64,000 nucleotides of DNA from Caldilineaceae bacterium (GTDB lineage Bacteria; Chloroflexota; Anaerolineae; Caldilineales; Caldilineaceae): positions 5,651-69,650 of the forward strand of contig WTGY01000005.1 of NCBI GenBank assembly GCA_011523365.1. The letters run 5' to 3'. The notes under the pieces are model-generated. The model worked only from the letters and a program-made list of their open reading frames with translations, searched no databases and was not told where the DNA came from. The position numbers were made by a program, and so were the translations under genes. This document shows positions 18,724 to 28,158 of the stretch, one piece after another (position 1 is the first letter of the stretch; each line of letters opens with the position of its first letter).

Positions 18724-19596
18724 ATGTCCCGCATTGTGCGCGGCGCGTTGCTCCAGGCTACCTGGAGTGGTGACCATGAGTCCATGATCCAGAAGCATGA
18801 GCGATACGCCCGGGAAGCGGCTGAACAGGGCGTGCAGGTCTTCTGCTTTCAGGAACTCTTTCACGGGCCTTATTTTTGCCAAGTGCAAGACCCCAGCTGG
18901 TACGGTCTTGCCGAACGGGTGCCTGATGGGCCGACCACCGAACGGATGCAGAAGCTGGCCTCCGAGACGAAGATGGTGCTGGTTGTTCCTCTGTATGAGG
19001 AGGAGCAACCCGGGCTTTACTACAACACTGCCGCGGTTATCGACGCTGACGGCACCTACCTGGGCAAGTATCGAAAGACGCACTTGCCTCACCTTCCCGG
19101 CTTCTGGGAGAAGTTCTACTTTCGCCCGGGGAATCTCGGTTACCCGGTCTTTGACACGGCCGTTGGTAAGGTGGGCGTATATATCTGTTACGACCGTCAC
19201 TTTCCGGAAGGCGCCCGGATGTTGGGACTGAACGGCGCCGAGATTGTTTTCATTCCGTCCGCCACTTCGCGCGGGCTGTCACAGCACCTTTGGCGGATCG
19301 AACAGACCAGCCACGCGATTGCCAACGGATACTTTGTAGGCACCATCAACCGTGTCGGCGTCGAAGCGGAACTTGGCGACAACGACTTTTACGGACAGAG
19401 TTACTTTTGTACGCCGCGCGGTGAATTTGTGACCACGCTCGGTGTTCGCGATGACCTGCCGGGCCAGGGCGATCCATTTGAGGAGGAGTTGATCATCCGC
19501 GATCTGGATCTGGACTTGATACGGGATGTGCGGGACACCTGGCAGTTCCTCCGGGACAGACGGCCGGACATGTACGACAAGATTGTGGCGGACTGA
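18724..19596 (+). CDS. nitrilase-superfamily N-carbamoyl amidohydrolase (beta-ureidopropionase / N-carbamoyl-D-amino-acid hydrolase-like)
   Basis: FQELF (Glu), YRKTHLP (Lys) and ICYDRHFPE (Cys) form the catalytic triad context. The ATG at 18724 is preferred over the longer ORF. Confidence 0.8.
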   Translation: MSRIVRGALLQATWSGDHESMIQKHERYAREAAEQGVQVFCFQELFHGPYFCQVQDPSWYGLAERVPDGPTTERMQKLASETKMVLVVPLYEEEQPGLYYNTAAVIDADGTYLGKYRKTHLPHLPGFWEKFYFRPGNLGYPVFDTAVGKVGVYICYDRHFPEGARMLGLNGAEIVFIPSATSRGLSQHLWRIEQTSHAIANGYFVGTINRVGVEAELGDNDFYGQSYFCTPRGEFVTTLGVRDDLPGQGDPFEEELIIRDLDLDLIRDVRDTWQFLRDRRPDMYDKIVAD

Positions 19597-19680
19597 CGTT
19601 CGCGCGGCGCGCGTCATTTCCACTTGTATTCAGACGTATACTGAACACGAAATCTGATAGGATAGGAGCCGAGCCCACAA

Positions 19681-21087
19681 ATGCCAACTCTGATCAAGAA
19701 CGGAACGATTGTCACCGCGGCTGATAGCGTGAAAGCCGATCTCCTGATTGAGAACGAGCGGGTTGCGTTGATCGGGCTCGATCTGCCCACTGAAGGAGCT
19801 GATGTGATCGATGCCGATGGCAAGCTGCTCCTTCCTGGAGGCATTGACGTTCATACTCATCTTGAACTGCCCTTTGGCGGCACAGTCTCCTCAGACGACT
19901 TTTTCACGGGCCATCGGGCGGCGGCATTCGGCGCCACGACAACGCACATAGACTTTGTCATCCAGCCGGTCGGCGGAACGCTCAAGGAAGGCATAGAAAC
20001 GTGGCATGCGAAGGCTGAAGGCAAAGCGGCGATCGATTACGGTTTTCACGTTGCAATCACCGACCTGCGAGACGATGTGATGGCTGAAATCCCTTCGGTT
20101 GTCGATGAGGGAATCACCAGTCTGAAGTTGTTCATGGCATACAAAGGGCTCTTCCAGGTTGACGACACGACGCTCTTCCGCGCCATGCAGGTTGCCGCTG
20201 AGCACGGGCTTCTAGTCATGGTACACGCTGAGAACGGAGATGTGATCGCCGACCTGACGAAGAGGCTTCTGGACGAAGGGAAGACGGCGCCGAAGTACCA
20301 TGCCACGGCCCACCCTGCCATGGCTGAAGCCGAGGCGACTGGGCGAGCAGTCGCATTAGCAGGGATCAGCGGGGCGTCTTTGTACGTCGTTCACATGACT
20401 TGCGAAGAGGCGGTCGAGCAACTTGCTCTTGGGAGGGCCAAGGGCTTTCGCGTGATGGGGGAAACCTGCACACAGTACCTGTTCATCTTTGAGGAGGACC
20501 TGGGCAAGCCCGGCTACGAGGGGGCGAAATATGTCTGTTCGCCGCCGGTTCGGCAGCCCAAGGACGCAGTGATACTTTGGAAGGCCCTGGCAGACGGGGG
20601 TTTGCAGGCGGTTTCCACAGACCACTGCCCGTTCTGGTACGAAGGCGGCGTCGATGGACGCATAGCAGGCAAGGAGTTGGGCAAGGAAGGCTTTCACCAG
20701 ATCCCCAACGGCATGCCAGGCATCGAGGACCGTATGCCGGTCATGTGGCATGCGGGCGTGGGCGGCGGCCACTACAGCGCCAACCGTTTTGTTGAGATTT
20801 CAAGCACAAATCCGGCGAAGATCTTTGGCCTGTATCCCCGCAAAGGCACAATTGCTGTCGGGTCGGACGCTGACATCGTCATCTGGGATGCGGACAAGGA
20901 GCACACGATTTCGGCGGCCACGCATCATATGAATACGGACTACAACGTCTACGAAGGTATGCGAGTTCGGGGCTGGGCCGAGAAGGTTCTTCTGCGGGGG
21001 CAGGTGATTGTGGACGGGGACAGCTGGATTGGGGCTGCAGGCGGAGGGCGCTTTCTGCGGCGAAAGCCTTTTGCGGAGGTAATGTGA
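19681..21087 (+). CDS. hydA: dihydropyrimidinase / D-hydantoinase
   Basis: LIKNGTIVTA..., GGIDVHTHLELPF, and the carboxylated-Lys region SLKLFMAYKG are typical of the cyclic amidohydrolase family. Confidence 0.9.
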   Translation: MPTLIKNGTIVTAADSVKADLLIENERVALIGLDLPTEGADVIDADGKLLLPGGIDVHTHLELPFGGTVSSDDFFTGHRAAAFGATTTHIDFVIQPVGGTLKEGIETWHAKAEGKAAIDYGFHVAITDLRDDVMAEIPSVVDEGITSLKLFMAYKGLFQVDDTTLFRAMQVAAEHGLLVMVHAENGDVIADLTKRLLDEGKTAPKYHATAHPAMAEAEATGRAVALAGISGASLYVVHMTCEEAVEQLALGRAKGFRVMGETCTQYLFIFEEDLGKPGYEGAKYVCSPPVRQPKDAVILWKALADGGLQAVSTDHCPFWYEGGVDGRIAGKELGKEGFHQIPNGMPGIEDRMPVMWHAGVGGGHYSANRFVEISSTNPAKIFGLYPRKGTIAVGSDADIVIWDADKEHTISAATHHMNTDYNVYEGMRVRGWAEKVLLRGQVIVDGDSWIGAAGGGRFLRRKPFAEVM

Positions 21088-22001
21088 AGTTCGCCAGATT
21101 GTCGTCGCTGAAGGCAGTCCGCTATTTCATCCTGATCGTCCTGCTGCTGGCGTTGTTCTGGGAGGCCTATAAGCTGCTGGGCGCGCCTGGGGGTGCGTAT
21201 CTGCGAGGAACTGTTCCGGTCCAAGCGGACGGAGGCAAGCCAGTCGGAGTCCTGTGCGGCTCGGTCGGCCTTTGTGAAGTGGAACTGCCTGTGCGGGCCG
21301 ATGACAGGGCGATGCCGCACGTGTGGGACATTCTGCAGACGATCTTTGAGCCACCGCGGCGGGGCAGCGACACAATCCTACTGACGATATTGCTGCGGGC
21401 GTCTCTCTTCACTTTACAGGAGGCCGTGTTCGGCTTTCTCTTCGGCGGGTGTCTCGGCTTCGTCCTTGGCGTCGCGTTCGCGCACTCAGGGCTGCTGGAG
21501 CGGGGCTTGCTGCCCTATGTGGTGGCGTCGCAGACCGTTCCTCTGCTGGCAATAGCGCCGATGGTGGTCATCTGGCTGGGGGGCAGTTGGTTTTCGGTTG
21601 CGGTGATCGCGGCCTATCTGACTTTTTTTCCGGTAACGATCAATACTTTGCAGGGGCTACGCTCGCCGGAACCGACCGCGATCGAGTTGATGCACTCCTA
21701 TGCAGCCACACGCTGGGACATTCTCTGGAAGTTGCGGGTCCCGGCTGCCTTGCCTTACATTTTCACTGCTCTCAAGGTTTCGGCCACGGCCAGCGTGGTT
21801 GGCGCCATCATCGGCGAACTGCCGAGCGGCATCGCCGACGGACTTGGCCGGGTCATTCTCAATTTCAACCAGTACTACGCCACGGGGCCGGAGAAGCTGT
21901 GGGCCGCGATTCTCTTCGCATCGCTAACCGGCATGGTATTCTTCCTCGTTATTTCCCTCCTGGAGCGCCTGGTCGTTCAGAGGCAGGTCTCCGATTCGTA
22001 A
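21084..22001 (+). CDS. ABC transporter permease (NitT/TauT family)
   Basis: 305 aa, multi-TM. The start overlaps the hydantoinase stop. Paralogous to 25317-26264 (shared LMHSYAA..ILWKLR/ILFKLRIP motif). Confidence 0.8.
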   Translation: MKFARLSSLKAVRYFILIVLLLALFWEAYKLLGAPGGAYLRGTVPVQADGGKPVGVLCGSVGLCEVELPVRADDRAMPHVWDILQTIFEPPRRGSDTILLTILLRASLFTLQEAVFGFLFGGCLGFVLGVAFAHSGLLERGLLPYVVASQTVPLLAIAPMVVIWLGGSWFSVAVIAAYLTFFPVTINTLQGLRSPEPTAIELMHSYAATRWDILWKLRVPAALPYIFTALKVSATASVVGAIIGELPSGIADGLGRVILNFNQYYATGPEKLWAAILFASLTGMVFFLVISLLERLVVQRQVSDS

Positions 22002-22022
22002 CTGCCGGCTCACGAAACATTT

Positions 22023-23510
22023 TCATCTCCGCCTGTCGGTTTCGTGCGGAACAACGTCGCTGGTTTCCATATACCATTGCAACATGCGCTCTGTGAGAGA
22101 CGCCAGTACGTCCCCATAGGCGGGATCGTCGACGAGATTGCGCGATTCCCGCGGGTCTGCCTGCAGGTCGTAGAGTTCGTCCTGCTCGTAGAAACGCCTG
22201 ACATACTTGTGTTCAGCGGTCCGGCACATGGCAGCCTTGGTGTGTTCCGGGCCTTCGCCCGTCTGCAGGCGTAGACGCGGCCAGTAGAGGAAACCGGGGC
22301 GGGCGTTGCTCTCCAGTTCCATGCACTGGCGCTCGCCTTGGCGCCGGCCGCCCTCGCAGAATACGGCATCGCGGTGGTTGTCGGTCTCGCCGGCGAGGAG
22401 AGGAAGCAGCGAGCGGCCGAAGTGGTCGTACCCGGCCTCGATTCCGGTGAGCGCATACACGGTGGCGGGAAAGTCGATCAGCTCCACCAGCGCATCGGTG
22501 ACGCGCGGCGACACGGGCGTCCCCGCAGGAGGCTTGACCAGGAGGGGAACGCGGGTCAGACAGTCCTGAAAGGTGTTCTGCGTCTTTTCGACCAGGCCAT
22601 AGTCTCCTGTAAAGTCCCCGTGGTCGGAAAAGAAGAAGACGAGGGTATCGTCGTAGATGCCGGCCTTCTTCAGGGCATCCAGGACCATGCCGAACTGGTG
22701 GTCCACGCGTGCGCACATTCCGTAGTAGGTTCGCCGCAACTCTCGCAGGCGCTCCTCCGACCAACCCTGCATCTGCTGCCCGTCATAGATTCCATTCATC
22801 AGGCTGGGATAGCCATCCCAGCCGCCCGTGTTCTCATCTGGCGTAGCGGTGCGTTCGGGAATTTTGGCCGGGTCGATCTGGCTGTACCAGGGGTCTTCGA
22901 CGGCGTAAGGCGGGTGGGGATATGAGAGGGGCAGATATATGCAGAGGGGCTGTTCAGACGGCGCGTTTTCGATCTGTTCGATCGCGCCCTCAACCATGGC
23001 CCAGTCGGAGTCGTAGGCCACCGACTCGCCATCAGGAATCTCACTCCGGCCCACGTAGAAGGAGTAGTAGTTGTCGCCGTCGGGGTCGCCCCGCCACTCG
23101 GCCAGCTGGTGAGGGTTCGACATGAGACGCTCCGGCTGGGGCGGGGAATATTTCACATCGCAGTAGCCGGCATACCCGTTCTGGGCCGGCACGACATCGT
23201 TCTTGCCACCCCACCAAACGAAATAGCCGTTTTGGCGCAATTTTTGTAGAAGCATTGGCTCGTCCGGGCGCAGCATGTGGAACATGGTGCGATGGCCGCG
23301 CACGTGGGGGTACCAGCCGGTCATGAAGGAGCAGCGGCTGGGGGTGCAGACGGGATTCTGGCAGAAGGCGTTGGAGAAGGATACGCCTTCGGTACGAGCG
23401 AACCGGTCCAGGACTGGGGTCACGGCGCCGGGGTTGCCCATATGGCCGAGAACGTCTCCACGCCACTGGTCGGGATTGAAGATCAGTATGTGCGGCAGTC
23501 TGTCAGGCAT
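22023..23510 (-). CDS. sulfatase (formylglycine-dependent arylsulfatase family)
   Basis: CTPSRCSFMTG matches the C-x-P-x-R formylglycine motif. 495 aa. Confidence 0.9.
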   Translation of the reverse strand: MPDRLPHILIFNPDQWRGDVLGHMGNPGAVTPVLDRFARTEGVSFSNAFCQNPVCTPSRCSFMTGWYPHVRGHRTMFHMLRPDEPMLLQKLRQNGYFVWWGGKNDVVPAQNGYAGYCDVKYSPPQPERLMSNPHQLAEWRGDPDGDNYYSFYVGRSEIPDGESVAYDSDWAMVEGAIEQIENAPSEQPLCIYLPLSYPHPPYAVEDPWYSQIDPAKIPERTATPDENTGGWDGYPSLMNGIYDGQQMQGWSEERLRELRRTYYGMCARVDHQFGMVLDALKKAGIYDDTLVFFFSDHGDFTGDYGLVEKTQNTFQDCLTRVPLLVKPPAGTPVSPRVTDALVELIDFPATVYALTGIEAGYDHFGRSLLPLLAGETDNHRDAVFCEGGRRQGERQCMELESNARPGFLYWPRLRLQTGEGPEHTKAAMCRTAEHKYVRRFYEQDELYDLQADPRESRNLVDDPAYGDVLASLTERMLQWYMETSDVVPHETDRRR

Positions 23511-23737
23511 GGCGCCGTCTCCCTCATTCTTTTAGCGAAGCAGTTGTCGTTCAGGGACCTGGTGCAGGGGGTGGACAGTGTTTGCTTTGAGCGGTTGGGG
23601 CTCGATTGAGCGTTTCAGATTGGTCAGGTTGCGGACAAAGGAGTTGCCTCGTGCAATTTCATGCACTTTGTAGACAGGGTACATTATCTGACGAATCTTC
23701 ACATAATTCGCGTACTTTCATTCGAGGTCACTTCTAC

Positions 23738-24075
23738 GCCATGCTGTGTGTCCTGTGTGCGGTCTGTCCGGGCGGAATGTACCGTCAGTGTTTCTGTAGC
23801 GGGCTCTCGATGGTCATGGCGGTGAACGTTGGGGGATATATGGGAGCTGCCTCGCCTGCCTTGATTGGGCTGGCACATTTTCGGTACCCATCAGGAGGTG
23901 GGGGGAAGTTCTGGTCGCCGCGGGGCGCCAAGGTCATATTGCCACACACTCGATGCGGCGGGGGTTGTAGGAGAGGGGGCGTTGCGGGGGCGGAGCCCCC
24001 GCACAAGGGAGGGCCGAATAGGCCCGACCGCCCATAACTGCAGTAGTCAGTGATCAGTGGTCAGTGGTCAGTGAA
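23738..24075 (+). repeat. intergenic repeat, subfamily B, copy 2 (core 23975-24034, heptad tail 24044-24071)
   Basis: Aligns by eye with 55254-55560 and has a ~26-nt extra segment near the 5' end. The core is identical to copy 1 over 60 nt. Confidence 0.85.
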
Positions 24076-24420
24076 AGCAGCAGTTGATGGGTGATAGGTG
24101 TGAGAGGAGAGTTAAACTGGCTCGCCACGTTCAGCGTCGCGAACTTACTATGGCAGGGTGGTCACCATTCGAGAGACCCACGGACAGTCATTTCCAGAGG
24201 GCTTTTGCCATTTGACGTTGTGTTTGGAGTTTACGTGCCGCCCACTATGCCTTGAGGTCTGGAGAACTGGCTATTGAGAGGTCGCTTGCCAAAAGAGAGC
24301 TGTCGACTTGATTTCATTGCCACTCCCGGGCTACAGGCCTTGCGCAATCGGGTGCTACTAAACATTAAAAATATTCCTCCGTTTGAAGTGTTATGGCCGA
24401 ACCGGTGAGCCTTTCTGTGA

Positions 24421-24450
24421 TTGGCTTCCTCTCCTGGCGTATGCTACAAT
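24421..24450 (+). promoter_or_regulatory. candidate promoter of the ABC importer operon
   Basis: TTGGCT, 18-nt spacer, TACAAT preceded by TGc (extended -10). Confidence 0.3.
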
Positions 24451-24516
24451 CGACACCACCTCTGGGCCGGATTACGCAGACGTGTTCCAGCCGCCTCTCC
24501 CGTGTAGAGATCACTC

Positions 24517-25320
24517 ATGACAGAACCTGTTGTCGTTCTCGAAAACGTCGATATGATCTTTGGGGAAGGCGCCGCAGACCAGGTACACGCGCTCAAGGAA
24601 ATCGATCTACAGATTGAACAGAATGATTTCATTTCGCTAATCGGTCCGTCCGGTTGCGGAAAGTCCACGCTTTTGCGCGTTGTGGGTGACCTGATTCAGC
24701 CCACTTCGGGCATGGCCACCATAAACGGGAAGAGCGCGCGCCAGGCCAGGCTCGATCAGGACTATGGCATCGTCTTCCAAGCCGCCACGCTCTACGACTG
24801 GCGCACTGTTGCAAAAAACGTACAGTTGCCGCTGGAGTTGATGCAGTTCAGCCGCACGGAAAAAGACCGCCGCACGCAGGCCATGTTGGAGCTGGTAGAG
24901 TTGACTGACTTCGCCGGACATTACCCGTGGCAGCTGTCCGGCGGCATGCAACAAAGGGTAGCCATCGCGCGTGCGCTCTCTTTCGAACCTTCGATATTGT
25001 TGATGGACGAGCCGTTCGGTGCGCTAGACGAGATGACTCGAGAGCGTCTCAATTTGGAGCTTCTCAACATCTGGAGGAAGACCAACACGACGGTACTCTT
25101 CGTTACGCACAGCATCACTGAAGCCGTCTTTCTTTCCACCAGGGTGATCGTGATGTCCGCCCGTCCGGGCCGCATCACCGCCGATATAGCCATTGATCTG
25201 CCCCAGCCGAGAAATGCGGAGACCCGCAGCAAGGTGCGCTTCTTCGAGTTGGAGACAGAGGTAAGGGAGGCGCTGCGCATCAGCGAAGGTGGCCAGGAAA
25301 GCAACAGGGCGCCTGCATGA
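24517..25320 (+). CDS. ABC transporter ATP-binding protein (NitT/TauT family)
   Basis: Walker A GPSGCGKST, signature LSGGMQQRVAIARA, Walker B ILLMDEPF. Confidence 0.9.
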   Translation: MTEPVVVLENVDMIFGEGAADQVHALKEIDLQIEQNDFISLIGPSGCGKSTLLRVVGDLIQPTSGMATINGKSARQARLDQDYGIVFQAATLYDWRTVAKNVQLPLELMQFSRTEKDRRTQAMLELVELTDFAGHYPWQLSGGMQQRVAIARALSFEPSILLMDEPFGALDEMTRERLNLELLNIWRKTNTTVLFVTHSITEAVFLSTRVIVMSARPGRITADIAIDLPQPRNAETRSKVRFFELETEVREALRISEGGQESNRAPA

Positions 25321-26264
25321 GCGAGAGCAGGCAGCGTATCTGGGCACCGGTCCTGATTCTGGTTGCGCTCGTTTTTTTGTGGGAAGCGCTGGTGACCGCC
25401 TTCAACATCCAGCAGTTCCTGTTGCCGAAGCCGTCGGCGATCGCTGGCAATCTCTTTCAGGTGGTCGTACTCGACGGGTCGGCTTCTCGAGGAGACTCGG
25501 ACGCAGAGCTATCCTTAGATAACGGTTTCATCGTACTTTTGTCTGGCGAACTGACGCCTGAAGTCCGGGCGACCATGCAGGAGGCGCGCTGGCTGGAGTT
25601 CGGACTTGGGGGCCGCAGTGTCTCGGTATTGAAGGGAAGAAACCTGACGCCAATCCTGGCGGCCAGCTGGTTCACGTTGAAGGAAGCGTTGGGGGGCATG
25701 GCGATGGGCACGCTGGCAGGCATCGCGGTTGCGCTAGCCACGACCCGGTGGAGCGCCACGCGCGAGGCCCTGCTTCCCTTTGCCATCGCGGCAAATTCAA
25801 TGCCCATCATTGCTTTTGCGCCGATCATGAACAACTGGTTTGGCATCGACAATCCGTTTTCGAAAATGGCAATTGTAACGGTCATGATCTTCTTTCCAAT
25901 CATGATCAATACTTTGCGCGGTTTGATTTCAGTCGACAGCCGTTCGCTGGAACTGATGCACTCCTACGCAGCCAGCGACTCCGAAATTCTGTTCAAACTA
26001 CGGATCCCCAGCGCGCTGCCGTCACTGTTCAGCGGCTTGAAAGTAGCAGGGGCGCTGGCCATGATCGGGGCGATCGTGGGCGAGTATTTCGGGGGCCCCC
26101 GCATTGCTCTGGGCGTCTTCATTACGCAGGAGGCGGCGCTGTTCCGTTTCGCATCGGCTTGGGCTGCCATTCTCGTTGCTTGTCTAATTGGAATCACAAT
26201 CTATCTCGTCATCCTATTTGCGGAACGTTTGGCCCTGCCCTGGCATCCGACTTTCCGCGCCTAG
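25317..26264 (+). CDS. ABC transporter permease (NitT/TauT family)
   Basis: 315 aa, multi-TM. ATGA overlap with the ATPase gene. Confidence 0.85.
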   Translation: MSESRQRIWAPVLILVALVFLWEALVTAFNIQQFLLPKPSAIAGNLFQVVVLDGSASRGDSDAELSLDNGFIVLLSGELTPEVRATMQEARWLEFGLGGRSVSVLKGRNLTPILAASWFTLKEALGGMAMGTLAGIAVALATTRWSATREALLPFAIAANSMPIIAFAPIMNNWFGIDNPFSKMAIVTVMIFFPIMINTLRGLISVDSRSLELMHSYAASDSEILFKLRIPSALPSLFSGLKVAGALAMIGAIVGEYFGGPRIALGVFITQEAALFRFASAWAAILVACLIGITIYLVILFAERLALPWHPTFRA

Positions 26265-26307
26265 ACAGAGCGATTTCACGCAATTCACAGTTCATCGGGA
26301 GGATCTC

Positions 26308-27447
26308 ATGAAGAATCGAACATCACTTTTACTGACTGGATGTGTACTCCTGATCCTTGTTTTGGGAGCCTGCGTGCCTGCAGCACCGGCAGCGGATTCC
26401 GGCGAGGAGATGGCGCCGGCAGACGAGGGTTGCGCCGAAATGGCGGAGGTCAAGCTGCAACTCCAGTGGGTGGTCCAGTCCCAGTTCGCCGGCTATTTTG
26501 CCGCTGTCGATCAGGGCTTCTATGCGGAGCAATGCCTGGACGTGACCATTCTTGAAGGCGCGGTCGACATTGTGCCCCAGCAGGTGGTCGCGTCCGGACA
26601 AGCCGAGTTCGGTCTGGCCTGGGTGCCCAAGGTGCTGGCATCGCGGGCTGAAGGGGCAGATCTGGTGAATATCGGCCAGGTATTCCAGCGCAGCGGCACG
26701 CTCGAGGTCTCCTGGGCCGACGCGCCGGTGGAAACCATCGCCGACATGGCCGGCAAGAAGGTCGGAACCTGGGGATTCGGCAATGAGCATGAGCTGTTCG
26801 TGGCGATGCGGGCAGAGGGCATTGACCCGAACAACCCTGACGATGTCACCATCATTCAACAGAGCTTCGACATGCTGGCTCTGCTCAACCGGGAACTCGA
26901 CGCGGCGCAGGCGATGATCTACAACGAGTACGCCCAGGTGTTGGAGGCTGTCAACCCTGAGACGGGTGAACTCTATCAGCCGTCCGATCTGGTGGTCATC
27001 GACTTCAACGACGTCGGCACTGCCATGCTTCAGGACCATGTCTTTGCGCGTGAAGCCTGGCTGGCAGAGGAAGGGAATGAGGATATCGCCATTCGATTCC
27101 TGGCTGCCAGCTTCAAGGGCTGGCAGTTCTGCCGAGACAATTTCAACGAATGTGTGCAGGTGGTTCTGGACAATGGTCCTACTCTCGGCCACAGTCACAT
27201 GAGCTGGCAGTTGAACGAGATCAACAAGCTGATCTGGCCTTCACCGGCAGGAATCGGCGTGATGGACCAGGGGCTGTGGGACCAGACAGTACAGGTGTCG
27301 GTTGACGGCGGCGTCATTTCCGAAGCGCCGAGCGACGGCGCATTCCGCACGGACCTGGCTGAAGCGGCCCTCGAACTGCTGGATGGCGACACGATGGGGG
27401 ACAGCTACACACCCATCGAAGTCGAACTGGTCGAGGGCGGCGAATAG
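26308..27447 (+). CDS. ABC substrate-binding lipoprotein (NMT1/THI5-like)
   Basis: MKNRTSLLLTGCVLLILVLGAC lipobox preceded by GGGAGG. The QLQWVVQSQFAGYF motif is typical of NMT1/THI5-like binding proteins. Confidence 0.8.
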   Translation: MKNRTSLLLTGCVLLILVLGACVPAAPAADSGEEMAPADEGCAEMAEVKLQLQWVVQSQFAGYFAAVDQGFYAEQCLDVTILEGAVDIVPQQVVASGQAEFGLAWVPKVLASRAEGADLVNIGQVFQRSGTLEVSWADAPVETIADMAGKKVGTWGFGNEHELFVAMRAEGIDPNNPDDVTIIQQSFDMLALLNRELDAAQAMIYNEYAQVLEAVNPETGELYQPSDLVVIDFNDVGTAMLQDHVFAREAWLAEEGNEDIAIRFLAASFKGWQFCRDNFNECVQVVLDNGPTLGHSHMSWQLNEINKLIWPSPAGIGVMDQGLWDQTVQVSVDGGVISEAPSDGAFRTDLAEAALELLDGDTMGDSYTPIEVELVEGGE

Positions 27448-27549
27448 TCGCTTGATCATTTGAAAAACAGCGAGTCATGAGTGGCCGGTAACTTTCCGGG
27501 TTGCCGGCCACTTAGCGCGGCTGTCTGCATTCGGAAAAGGATAGGATAA

Positions 27550-28158
27550 GTGCGGAAAGTGCGGGAATCGGTGACAGCTATATATGAAACACAAACTGTG
27601 CAGCTTCCGGCCGGGGGCGTGTGGACGTATGAGGACTATGCCCTTCTCCCAGATGACGGCAAGCGCTACGAAGTAATCCGGGGAGAACTCTATATGTCGG
27701 CGGCGCCGAGACCTTTGCACCAGCGAGTCATTACACGTCTATCATATTTTTTGGAAGGATTTCTTGAGAGTTCTGACATAGGAACAGCATTCGTTGCCCC
27801 CATTGACGTAATTCTTCCAGATAGAATTGGTGACCCTGTGCAGCCTGACATTGTCGTCATTCGCCGTGAAAGTCTCCATATCATCGACGAACTCAACATT
27901 CAGGGCGCGCCTGACCTGGTAGTTGAAGTGCTGTCCCCTTCCAACCCTGCACATGACCGTAAACTGAAGTATGATCTCTACGCTGAGGCTGGAGTGGAGG
28001 AATACTGGATAATCGATCCCCACGGTCGGTCAGTCGAGATTCATGTCTTACAGGATGGAACTTACGAACAGCACGGAAAATGGGGTGAAGGGGAAACTGC
28101 CAGTTCTGTTGTTTTGAAGAGTTTTTCCGTTCCCGTCAATGAGATAATTCCCACATGA
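27550..28158 (+). CDS. Uma2 family endonuclease (DUF820)
   Basis: YEVIRGEL, PDIVVI, PDLVVEVLSPSN and EYWIIDP motifs of the Uma2/DUF820 PD-(D/E)xK family. Confidence 0.85.
   Translation: MRKVRESVTAIYETQTVQLPAGGVWTYEDYALLPDDGKRYEVIRGELYMSAAPRPLHQRVITRLSYFLEGFLESSDIGTAFVAPIDVILPDRIGDPVQPDIVVIRRESLHIIDELNIQGAPDLVVEVLSPSNPAHDRKLKYDLYAEAGVEEYWIIDPHGRSVEIHVLQDGTYEQHGKWGEGETASSVVLKSFSVPVNEIIPT

Noticed and set aside
23651-23666. GTGCA-N6-TGCAC inverted repeat upstream of the sulfatase gene as an operator
   Set aside because: It is only 5 bp per arm, with no second copy and no adjacent regulator. It is indistinguishable from chance.
24075-24516. TPP riboswitch upstream of the NMT1/THI5-like ABC importer
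   Set aside because: I could not find the CUGAGA / ACCUGAUCUGGAUAAUGCCAGCG-type conserved elements. Only a weak UGAGAGG match is present.
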